A stretch of 64,000 nucleotides of DNA, taken from IMG/VR virus record IMGVR_UViG_3300013751_000152. The stretch is one strand, 5' to 3'. Every line of letters starts with the position of its first letter. Within the stretch, counting starts at the first letter, position 1. Shown here in pieces: positions 46,303 to 55,900 of the stretch. The translations under genes and the position numbers were made by a program. The notes beneath the pieces were generated by a model. The model was not told where the DNA came from, made no database searches, and worked only from the letters and a program-made list of their open reading frames with translations. The DNA comes from a virus.

Positions 46303-49161
46303 TTAAAAATCTATTTCGTTACTAAGGTTATCAATTAGGGAATGTATCTCATTAGTAATATCTGTTAAAGGCTGTTGTGTTTCTGTTTTTTCCTCTGCCC
46401 TTGGGACTTGTAAATAAATACACTCACGGGAGCTTTCTTTTTGCCCATAAGGGGAATTAATTATTATTCGCTGTAATATTCTGCCGTCAGCTCGTTGCAG
46501 TTCTTTAGGGTTCAATATATAGCCCTTGAGCTTGCAATAATCCTGTAATTTCTTTTTGAAAGTCTGGGGAGAAAGTTTTATCCCCATAGCCTTACGGCAG
46601 TCTTCCATTACTTCGTTCTTAGGTAATTGCTGGTTAAACTTATCTTCTAAGAAATATTCATCCGCCCACAGTTCAAAGTTATCACCTACAGAGGCTTTTA
46701 GGTTATTGGTTTCAATGTTTTCTGTAGGGGAATAGTAAGGGGTATTCATATTCTCAATATAGAAATGTACGCACCTTAGCATAAAGTTATAAAACAGTGT
46801 CCATTGGTCGGCTTCCCAGTCATCAAACAAACGGTGCTGAAAATCGTTTTTTGGTTGCCATTCCTTGCCCATTGTATCATTTCGGTAATGATAGTAAGAG
46901 GAAAAGGAAACGAATAAAATACGCCTTAAATCTGCATCGGAGTTTGTTCGTAGTCCATAGTTAAATGTTCCTATGACTTTTGGGGACTTCTCAAAAGGTA
47001 GAAACTTACTATCCCTATTTTTGGGGTTAATGCTTATGCCGTCCGTAACTACCGAATAAAGGTTTTCAAAGTCGTGATAAGAAAGCATATCATTAAAGTA
47101 TATAAAATCGTGTTCCTCCTTGAGTGTGCCGTATAAATGCTCGTCTTCAAACAATTTTTTGCGCTTTCCGTCAATGAAAAAACGCTTTGCGAGCTGTTCA
47201 ATACCTTTCACAAAAAGGCTTTTCCCTGTTCCTCCGTTTGCGTCCGTGTTGTGTTCCTTTATCATATCATCAACCACATAGACAAACTTTGCAAAATCGG
47301 GGGTATTATATCTATGTAGCATATACCCAATAGCAAAGCATTTCCCTAAAAAATGTTGTTCCTGTATTATCTGCTCCTTTTCCGATAGGTAAGGGCTGTT
47401 TAATAGGTATTGTTTGCCCCAATTATCGGCATTTTTTGGATATTCTTTTTCCCAATATACACGAGAACCATTTATAAGAAAATTCATAAAATCACAGCTG
47501 GTTTCAGTGATATGTACTCTTTTTGTACCCTTGTTATCTGTGTAAGGTTCAAAGAATGATTTGCCGAGCTTCTGGAAAGAACGTTTGATTATGTTATTCT
47601 CAAACACGTAATTTTCTATTTTACTTTTAGTGATAAGCTCCACGCCTTGAGCGGTAACCTTAGCACAGGTATTTTCAAAGAAAAACAATTGATATTCCTT
47701 GCTATGCTTAGTAAAATCTAAGGTTTTTACATCTATTTTTCTAAGTTCATTTGCATTAAGCATTGTAGAGCCTTTCACCAAAGAAAGTATTTCATTTGTG
47801 GTGCCCTTTGTCTTGAGAAAGTCCATACAAAAACGGCGTACTTCCGAGCTTTCGGGTAGGCTTACTATATTGTTATTGATATGTATTAGTATGCCGCTAT
47901 CCTCATTATTAGAACGCTCTGAAATAGTATCACGATATACGTAGAAATTATGTACATTGAGGAAATAATTTAGGTTTATCGTATTTATTCGTGGCTGGTT
48001 ACGCTCGTTTTTAGTAATGAAATTACAATTTTCAGGCACTGAAAGCAGTTTTTTAAACTCATTAGCAATAAAATCCTTATCCTCTGAATGAAAATAATTT
48101 AGATAGTCCCTGAAATCTTTACCTTTTTCACCTAAAAAGCGCTTAGGTATAAATAAAGTATCTAATTTCCAATACAAAAGCGAATATTTATGCGCATAAT
48201 TTATTCCAGCAGGGTCTAAATCGGGTAAATTTATTAGGTGCTTACAGATACTTTTTAGGTAGTAATAGGTATCACTATCTATTGTTTCCCCCTCTGAATT
48301 GCACCATATAGGATTAAATGCTTCTGAAAGGCTTGCTACAGAAACGCCATCAGAGCCACCCGAACAGATGATAATATACGGCAATAGTAGTTTGTCTAAT
48401 TCCTTTTGGGCTTCTTTCTTTTCAGTATCTGTAACCTCTGACTTCAGTAGCTTGTGTAATTCATTGATACGGCTTTTGGAAAAAGAAATTTTCTTTTCAA
48501 TACGTTCCAGTCCGTGTATATATTTTGCGGGCTTCTCTCCTATATAACCGTGTTTGTAAGCTCGGTCGCTTTCGTTAGGAAAGTATGTTTTAGCCCAGAC
48601 TTTTAAATTATTAGAGTAGGCAAACATAGGGTAATTGCTATTGCTCTCTATTCTCATTATTTTGCCTGTTTTGGTAGTGCGCTCCAGGTATTGCAATTCC
48701 ACTATCCCGAAACTCTCCAAGAGGTCAGCCGTTACGAATTTACTATAAGCGGTGGGGTGTTCTATTCTCTGTTTAGGTTTTAAGTAGAAGTAATTAGCTG
48801 GCAGGCTCTTATTCTCTCTAAAGGTTATGTTATTGGTGAATGTTTTCCCCTCCGTAGGTATATTAAATTCTGCATATAGATTAGTAAGGCAATCCTTAAA
48901 GTCAGCACCCGTTTTTTCAATAACCACCTGAATAGGAGAATAGAAATTACCACTTGAAAAATCCTTAACGCCCCAGGTACTGGCTTCTTTAGAATAGAAT
49001 AAAGTAGCAGATGGCGTTTTTTCATTGGAGTACCTAAACTTCTTTGTATTTCCTACCTCACACCCTACACTTTCTGGCAAATATCTATGTAGAATATCAA
49101 GCCCTTTATTAGTGTGTTCGTATAGCTTTTGAGGTGTTTTTTCGTATTCTTTTGTAGCCAT
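46303..49161 (-). CDS. Primase-helicase of element 2
   Basis: EKTPSA Zn-finger remnant, TOPRIM CSGGSD/DLDPAG, Walker A ANGGTGKS. Confidence 0.85.
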   Translation of the reverse strand: MATKEYEKTPQKLYEHTNKGLDILHRYLPESVGCEVGNTKKFRYSNEKTPSATLFYSKEASTWGVKDFSSGNFYSPIQVVIEKTGADFKDCLTNLYAEFNIPTEGKTFTNNITFRENKSLPANYFYLKPKQRIEHPTAYSKFVTADLLESFGIVELQYLERTTKTGKIMRIESNSNYPMFAYSNNLKVWAKTYFPNESDRAYKHGYIGEKPAKYIHGLERIEKKISFSKSRINELHKLLKSEVTDTEKKEAQKELDKLLLPYIIICSGGSDGVSVASLSEAFNPIWCNSEGETIDSDTYYYLKSICKHLINLPDLDPAGINYAHKYSLLYWKLDTLFIPKRFLGEKGKDFRDYLNYFHSEDKDFIANEFKKLLSVPENCNFITKNERNQPRINTINLNYFLNVHNFYVYRDTISERSNNEDSGILIHINNNIVSLPESSEVRRFCMDFLKTKGTTNEILSLVKGSTMLNANELRKIDVKTLDFTKHSKEYQLFFFENTCAKVTAQGVELITKSKIENYVFENNIIKRSFQKLGKSFFEPYTDNKGTKRVHITETSCDFMNFLINGSRVYWEKEYPKNADNWGKQYLLNSPYLSEKEQIIQEQHFLGKCFAIGYMLHRYNTPDFAKFVYVVDDMIKEHNTDANGGTGKSLFVKGIEQLAKRFFIDGKRKKLFEDEHLYGTLKEEHDFIYFNDMLSYHDFENLYSVVTDGISINPKNRDSKFLPFEKSPKVIGTFNYGLRTNSDADLRRILFVSFSSYYHYRNDTMGKEWQPKNDFQHRLFDDWEADQWTLFYNFMLRCVHFYIENMNTPYYSPTENIETNNLKASVGDNFELWADEYFLEDKFNQQLPKNEVMEDCRKAMGIKLSPQTFKKKLQDYCKLKGYILNPKELQRADGRILQRIIINSPYGQKESSRECIYLQVPRAEEKTETQQPLTDITNEIHSLIDNLSNEIDF

Positions 49162-49162
49162 A

Positions 49163-49369
49163 TCATACTTTATTAATTACCACCTCCGTAATGCTGTCAA
49201 GGGTTAAGGATATACGCTCATACTCTTGTAAAATTTCCTTTGCTTTTGGGCTGTTTCGTGCCTGAGAAAGGGACTTTCTAACCATAGAAACAGACACCTT
49301 ATATTTTTGAGTAAGATGTTTTACTATATATTGATTGTATTTGTTTCTTTTTTTTGTATCTTTGCTCAT
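49163..49369 (-). CDS. Cro/Xis-like small DNA-binding protein
   Basis: 68 aa from MSKDTK, KYKVSVSMVRKSL; divergent from repressor. Confidence 0.65.
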   Translation of the reverse strand: MSKDTKKRNKYNQYIVKHLTQKYKVSVSMVRKSLSQARNSPKAKEILQEYERISLTLDSITEVVINKV

Positions 49370-49399
49370 TGTTAGTTGTGTTTTTTTAGAGGACAAAAG

Positions 49400-49445
49400 T
49401 ACGATATTTTTCGTAAAAACAAAATATTGTACGATATTTTTCGTT
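49400..49445. promoter_or_regulatory. Two operator palindromes TACGA-N6-TCGT(A/T)
   Basis: Copies at 49400-49415 and 49430-49445 between divergent regulators. Confidence 0.75.
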
Positions 49446-50018
49446 ATGACAAAAGAAAGAATTTTACAATTCATTGAATATAAAGGAATTACCCTTACAG
49501 ATTTCTTTAAAATTACAGGTATAAAGAGAGGTTTTTTAGATACAGACAAGCTGAAATCCTCTGTTTCAGATGTGTTTTTAACGAAAATCCTCGCTTCTTT
49601 TCCTGAAATTAATCCTGAATGGCTTATTATGGGAGAGGGGGATATGCTAAGAACTTTGAGCAATAGCCTTTCAGATTTCAATGTTGCTGTCGGTTTTCCT
49701 CCTATTAAAAAAGATATGTTTTTCTTGAGCTATATAAGCAAGATGTACAAAGAAAATCCGGAAAAGTACAAGCAGTTTGAGCAAGATGTATCAGAGTATG
49801 AAAAATTTGCAGAGGAATTGACCTCCTTTAAAAGTTCTCTTCAAACAATTATTGATGAAATAGATTTAAGCGGGAGGGGTATTTCATTTTATGAGAATTT
49901 GAAAAATGGCAATAAAAGTTTTATAGAACAAGTAAAAAAAATCTCTGAGGAAGTAAAAACACACAGAAAACAAATGAAAGACATTCTGGATAACTTAGAT
50001 AAGGAAATAGATTTTTAA
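49446..50018 (+). CDS. CI-like repressor of element 2 (start MTKERIL)
   Basis: INPEWLIMGEGDML; same family as 41056-41505. Confidence 0.85.
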   Translation: MTKERILQFIEYKGITLTDFFKITGIKRGFLDTDKLKSSVSDVFLTKILASFPEINPEWLIMGEGDMLRTLSNSLSDFNVAVGFPPIKKDMFFLSYISKMYKENPEKYKQFEQDVSEYEKFAEELTSFKSSLQTIIDEIDLSGRGISFYENLKNGNKSFIEQVKKISEEVKTHRKQMKDILDNLDKEIDF

Positions 50019-50029
50019 CAAATATTTCA

Positions 50030-50150
50030 CGGTACAAATTTTTGACCTTGAATTTTGTACCGCTTTTGTACCGACTTTTGTACCGCTTGTAACTTATTCA
50101 TTTTCTTATATTTATATTTACTATTTTATATATAGTACAAAAGGTACAAA
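50030..50150. repeat. TTTGTACCG / GGTACAAA iteron cluster (element 2, right)
   Basis: Three direct copies plus inverted copies. Confidence 0.7.
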
Positions 50151-50317
50151 AAAATATAAGGTTAGATAAGCAGACACACACAAATTTTATTTTAAAGCAA
50201 GGTGTTAGGCATACCTTGTTCCCAATATAAGACATTAATTTCCCTAAAATACAGAGAAAAGGAATATATACTAATTGATATACAATTAATTACGATTTGT
50301 TTTTTAAGTAAAAACCG

Positions 50318-50332
50318 TCCAGTCTTCGCTAC
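50318..50332 (+). other. att core, short duplicate of tRNA-Met 3' end
   Basis: TCCAGTCTTCGCTAC vs TCCCGTCTTCGCTAC. Confidence 0.75.
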
Positions 50333-50450
50333 AAAATAAGCGTAACTAATTAATATTCAATTAGTTGTGCTTAAATTCTTTAAATTTGCGTGTCAAGTTT
50401 GTGCCAAGTTCTCCGCTCTTATGGATCTGAGGAATTTGGCATAAAAAAAA

Positions 50451-51608
50451 ATGGACAAAACTACCATCAACACACCCAAGCGGATCGCTTTTATAGACTA
50501 CAAGCCCGCTGAGCTTAGGGACAACAAGTCCTGGTACATTGAGTACTATGCTAAAAATCCTCAAACAGAGAAGTTAGACCGTTTCCGTAACCGTGTCCCT
50601 AAAATGAAATCGGTTCAGGAAAGGCGTAAGTATGCCAAGAAAATGATACTGGCGATCAATCAGAAGTTAGAAAGTGGTTGGTCTCCTTTCTATGAAAATC
50701 CCAACAATCAATACAAATCCCTCAAAGATGGACTGGAGCTGTACCTAAAGAAGTTGGAGAAAGAAGTACAGGACGGCATAAAACGCCCTGACACACTAAG
50801 AGCCTACAAATCTTTTGTAAGCAACTTGCAACGCTATATAGCAGAAAAGCACTTGGATATAAAGTTTCTGCTTAATATAGATTTTTTCTTCGTGAATAAT
50901 TTCCTTGATTATATCTACTATGAGAAGAACAATAGTCCGTCTACCTATAACAACTATCTTACCTATATGAAAAGTTTCTTAGAATGGGCGATAGGAAAGG
51001 GCTATATAAAGCAAAATCCAGCCGAGGGGATAAAGACAAAGCCCAAGGTACAAAAGAAGCGTGAGCCTCTCACGGCCGAGGTAAAGGAATGTATCAAGGA
51101 ATTACAAAATATTGATTTTCCTTTCTTCGTGTGCTGTATGATGACTTACTTTTGCCTTATTCGCCGCACGGAGCTAACCAAACTCAAAGTTGGAGATGTA
51201 CGTCTTTCGGAAAGCCGTATTGTATTGGACGGATCCATTACCAAAAACCGAAAGACAAACAGCGTTACGATTCCTGATGTGTTCCTCCCTATTTTAGCAC
51301 AACACTTGTTAAAGGCCAATAATAGTGATTACCTATTCAGTAAAAAATTCAAACCAGGGAAGACCGCTATTAATCCTAAGAAAATTTCAGATACTTGGAC
51401 AAAATACCGCAAGCTGTTCAAGTTTGACAGCAAGTTTCAGTTCTACTCTCTCAAGGATACAGGTATAATGGATTTACTCAATAGTGGCATTCCTTCTATT
51501 AAGGTACGTGATCAAGCTCGCCACTACGATATTAAGCAAACAGAAGCCTACACCACCCGAAACCTAACAGCGGACGAAACTATAAAAAGTGCTTCTTTCT
51601 CTTTCTGA
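50451..51608 (+). CDS. int: Tyrosine integrase of element 3
   Basis: 385 aa, highly similar to 41973-43130. Confidence 0.93.
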   Translation: MDKTTINTPKRIAFIDYKPAELRDNKSWYIEYYAKNPQTEKLDRFRNRVPKMKSVQERRKYAKKMILAINQKLESGWSPFYENPNNQYKSLKDGLELYLKKLEKEVQDGIKRPDTLRAYKSFVSNLQRYIAEKHLDIKFLLNIDFFFVNNFLDYIYYEKNNSPSTYNNYLTYMKSFLEWAIGKGYIKQNPAEGIKTKPKVQKKREPLTAEVKECIKELQNIDFPFFVCCMMTYFCLIRRTELTKLKVGDVRLSESRIVLDGSITKNRKTNSVTIPDVFLPILAQHLLKANNSDYLFSKKFKPGKTAINPKKISDTWTKYRKLFKFDSKFQFYSLKDTGIMDLLNSGIPSIKVRDQARHYDIKQTEAYTTRNLTADETIKSASFSF

Positions 51609-51617
51609 TCGCGCGTG

Positions 51618-51990
51618 TGTGCGTGCGCACGCTATAGATGAGTTTTACACAAAAATCGTTATGCTTCGTGTGCAACGCCTATTTATAAGGGTTAATACGT
51701 TGATAATCAATAAAAAAGCTGCAGACAAACTCGCATACAAAAAGTGGATTTTGCATAGAAACATATTTTTTGCATACATTTTTATTTAATGGGGGCGGGG
51801 CGGGGCGGATATAAAGATGGAATTTGTTTTGTGCGTGCGCACGCTGTAGATGAATTTTACACAAAAATCGTTATGCTTCGTGTGCAACGCCTATTTATAA
51901 AGGTTAATACGTTGATAATCATTAAAAACAATGCATACAAACTCGCATAAAAAAGATAAACTTTGCATAAAAACATACTTTTTGCATAAA
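51618..51990. repeat. Imperfect ~160-bp direct duplication with GCATA iterons
   Basis: 51618-~51777 vs 51830-~51989. Confidence 0.85.
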
Positions 51991-52035
51991 AAGAGCCCCT
52001 ACGCATGTCGAGTAGGGGAGGAATAGGAATATAAA

Positions 52036-52063
52036 AAATCCCTATCCTTACGGGGATAGGGAT
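52036..52063 (-). terminator. Intrinsic terminator
   Basis: AATCCCTATCC/GGATAGGGATT stem followed by T-run on minus strand. Confidence 0.8.
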
Positions 52064-52076
52064 TAGTGCTCAAGGG

Positions 52077-52199
52077 TTAGCGCTTACGAGTTTTCTTCGT
52101 AGTTGCTTTCTTCGCTTTCACAATACGTCCGTTCTCGTTGTAACGGAAACCTTTCTTGAGCCGTCCATTGGCTTTCAAGCCGACTTTCTTTGTTGCCAT
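52077..52199 (-). CDS. 40-aa highly basic peptide (possible DNA-condensing core protein)
   Basis: Hand translation MATKKVGLKANGRLKKGFRYNENGRIVKAKKATTKKTRKR, followed by strong terminator. Confidence 0.7.
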   Translation of the reverse strand: MATKKVGLKANGRLKKGFRYNENGRIVKAKKATTKKTRKR

Positions 52200-52391
52200 A
52201 AAATTAAATATTTAATTAAAATCTGTTGTTTATTAAAATTATTGTTGTAACTTTGCACTATAAAAAAGGTTGAATAAGGCAGTGGCTTATTCCTAAAACT
52301 AATACCGATATACGTTCTATTAGTTTCCTAATGAACAGAACGTTTCGGACGTTGGGTCAAGAGGGGTCAAAATAGACATCTTAGACATCTG

Positions 52392-52856
52392 TTATAAGGA
52401 AGTCGTTTTTTTAGAACGGCTTCCTTTTATTTTGTACATCGTGCATATAGATATTTTGTTCCCCTTCTTCTTACTCAAACGCACAGCTTCCATAACTACA
52501 TAGATATCTTGTATCTTCTTCTTATATACAAAGGTGTCCTGTTGCAATCGGTTTTTTCCTTTATATGAAATCTCATCCGCATTCTCTAAAATGGAAGTAA
52601 TCAATTCAAAGTCATCTAAATTAATAGGTACTTGCCCTCGTGCTTGTTCTGTCTTCTCTGATCCGTGTTCTTTTATAATATGCCTGATAGCACTTGTATC
52701 CAAACAACGCTCAGCATTTTCAAGATCTATCCCTATTTCTTGCAAGAAAAAATCTGCTTGCCTCTTTGAAACTTTGCCAATTACAATTTCCTTGTGTTGA
52801 TTTAGTCTGTCAGACAAAGCAAATTTAACTAATTTTTTTATTTTACTTTTTTGCAT
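52392..52856 (-). CDS. PBECR3-like (Barnase/EndoU/ColicinE5/RelE fold) protein
   Basis: AIRHIIKEHG...EQARGQVPINLDDFELI...ICTMY. Confidence 0.7.
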   Translation of the reverse strand: MQKSKIKKLVKFALSDRLNQHKEIVIGKVSKRQADFFLQEIGIDLENAERCLDTSAIRHIIKEHGSEKTEQARGQVPINLDDFELITSILENADEISYKGKNRLQQDTFVYKKKIQDIYVVMEAVRLSKKKGNKISICTMYKIKGSRSKKTTSL

Positions 52857-52914
52857 ACATTAAAAATATTAATTATCTTTATATAGGGTTTGTACAACAT
52901 TTTAGGACGCCTGT

Positions 52915-55900
52915 TTATAACACTTCAAAATTCAGTTCTTCACTTTCTGTTGGCTCATAGTGAGCGGGTAGGGCGGGTACTTCGGGAGCCGTGGCGAGCA
53001 TACGTTGTTCGTATATACTATATTGTAGCTCGGTGGCGGGACGCTTGTTGTAGCGGTTTTTGTCGGGATATACATAGTTCTCGCGGTAATCGGGAAAGGT
53101 CTCCGTAAAGAGAATAATATCGCCGTCAAACTGGCTCTTGCTACCCCCTCGCATTTTGCCGTCTGCTGTTTGTTGAAAGATCACCAAAAACAGCTTGCCG
53201 TCATACTTCTTGCGCAAGTCCTTGTCAATCTCAAAATGAGGTGCCAGCTCACGCATTTTCTGAAAGGAATCAATTACGATCACTTCGTTGGTATGAATCA
53301 TAGTGTCCAGCTCTGCCAAGGAACGCACGTCCTGAGCTGTGATATGCTCCAAGGCTGTATCGTTTAGGTACTGATAGGCTTTTTCCTCGTACAGCACGCT
53401 TTCGGGGTGCTCCTCGATAGAGGCGTGTCCTACTCGATAGCGTTGGGCCAGGGCATTCATAAACTGAAAGGCAAAGCGCGTTTTTCCGCTACCTTGTTTG
53501 CCAGTGAGGGTGATCACAAGGCTGTCCTTTGTCTTTTTCTCCAAGTCCCCAAGGAATAGGCTCATTTGCTCGTCGGCCACTAAGAAACTTTCTCGCACTT
53601 CGGGGCGTGTTGCCAACTGCTGGGCGAGGGTTTGCCTTGGAACAGGCAAGGAGGTTACAGGGGGTTCGGACGCATTGAGACCAAAATTTTCTTCTTTTTT
53701 CTTGCGGGATAAAGATTTTTTTGTACCTTTGTCCTCAGAAAGCGGTTCAATCCCCTCGTCTTGCAAGGTAGCTACTGGCTCTTGCGTGGATTGAACAGCT
53801 TTAAAAAGCTGAGATCCTTCGGCTGAGGGTAAACCCCCTTGTGGATCTCGGCTTTTCTTTTTGCCTACATCATAGCTTTTAAGTTTTAGTTTTCTATCCT
53901 TATCAACTATAATTGATATTCTCAGGTGTCTTTTTTCGCCATCAATAGTTATCTTTGACTTAAAATTCAGATATCCTAAAATATCAGGGTGATCTTGGGG
54001 CTTTCTATCTCCCCAATTATTATAGGTAGAGTTCTTAATCAGTGTTTTTAATTGAGCAATCACAGCAGCTTTTTCACTATACATAGCTTCACCATGGGCT
54101 ATTTTTCTACCTGCCTTATTGGTAAAGACAACTTCCTTTAAGTGTCTTTCTATAGTTACACTATCTCCTTTTAAGAATAGGTTATAATATCTCAAAGTAA
54201 AAGTTCGCAATTCATTTACTTTCATCTGTTTAAACCTTTCGGTAGAGACTTCGGGGACGGCACCAAAAAGCCCTTGGGAGTAATCCACACCAGAAAGGCC
54301 TTTTTCTTCCTTGAGTTTTTTTAAAATAATTCTTAGTATCTCTATTCCTTTTTGGTGTAATTCACCTTTATAAGAATATTTATCATCTCCTAATCCTACT
54401 TTTTTTAGTTTCTTTTCCTCTATTCTATTGACAAAGTATTTTTTTAAATCATTGATAATTTTTTCATTTAGTCTATTTTCCAATTTGAAATAAAAGAAAT
54501 ACTTATCATATTCTGGAAGTTCTTTGTAATTACTTTTATATAAATCATTACTAATTCCTTCAAGGAATAGATTAAAACTGTGATAGTCAAGAGTAATTTT
54601 ATATTTATTAAGAATACTCTTTAAAATATTTGCTCTTTCTGTTCTTCTTTTATGCCAATCTTCTATTCCCTTAAAGAAAAAATCTTTTGTTTTTTCTTTA
54701 TAAAAATTACTATCTATAAGATCACGTAAAAAATCTTCTTTCTTATCATCTAAATCAGGATATAGTCGGCGAGCTTCTCCTGTCCAATTGACCATTTTTA
54801 GGTATTCCTCTTCTTTATCTATATGATAGAGAAAGCTATTTATCATATCTCCTTTAGGGTTGAGATAAGATAAATTCATAATAAGATCTATATCTTTATC
54901 CCCTAAATCTTTGGCTCTTTTATATATCTCATCATAAGAATATCCGTCTTTACGTGCTTTTCTATAGAGATTTGCACGCTTTAAAAGAGCTTCTCTTTTC
55001 TCAACTTGTTCAGAAAAATTGTCTTCTTCCTTAGTTTCTTTAGCCTCGTTTTCGCCTTTTTCTTTCCTTGATTTTATGGACTTTGTAGCCTTAGTGGGTG
55101 CTTTTTCTACTTTTTTTTTAGACGAATCTTGGACATTTTCATCTAAGTCCCTGAGTTGCTGTTGCAGTCTTCTATAATAGAGTACATCAGGAATATACCA
55201 CCATTCTTCAGAAGCGTTTGGCATTTTATTTCTAAGGGCTTCGGCTTCGGCTTCACTAAGTTCTTTAACTTTCTTAGCAAACTCTTTGTTCTCCTTAGAT
55301 TTACTTTCAAACTTTTCAATACGTTCTAATACGTTTTCTATCTCCTTGTTAAGATAGTTGAGGCGATCTTCTTTTTCTCTTTTTTGCTTTTCTCTAATAT
55401 AAGCTGTACGCTCCTCTGAAGGAATTTTAGCTAATTCCTCTTTAAGGGTGTTGAACACCTTTTTGAATTTCTCTTTCTGTTCTTGGGTTGGAATACTGTT
55501 ATAGTATTGGTTAAGGAGTTCTCCTTTCTTTCTATCAAAAATGATACGTCCTTTTTCCACTCCTTCCACAAAAAAGCGGTCAGGGTGTTTACGCCATTGG
55601 TTAAGCACGCCTTTTTCTACCAATTCCAAAATAGGAGCAGGTATAAATTCATTTACGGTTTCTACTCTATTTATTTTGAATTGTTCTCTCTCAATAGCTT
55701 CCTTAGTCCTTTCAATTTCCTTGTTCAAGGTACGTAAAGCATTGTCTTTTTTATCCCAACGAGCCATTGTACTTTTCCCATTGCTCTTGTCATTCAAGGG
55801 TTGTCCGTTAGCACTCTTTACATCGGAATATAATTCAGAAAGTTTTTCATTAAATTTTTCCTCTTTTTTTTTCAAAGAGTTCTCCAGAATCTGCAAGCGC

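Larger units (their letters stand above)
41869..50332. mobile_element. Element 2: ~8.5 kb capsid-less integrative element / phage satellite
   Basis: Flanked by GTCTTCGCTAC repeats (41858-41868, 50322-50332); integrase, primase-helicase, repressor pair, no structural genes. Confidence 0.8.

Noticed and set aside
49163..49681. 172-aa minus ORF and 227-aa plus ORF as called in the track
   Set aside because: The extended starts overlap each other; more plausible starts are 49369 (-) and 49446 (+), flanking the operators
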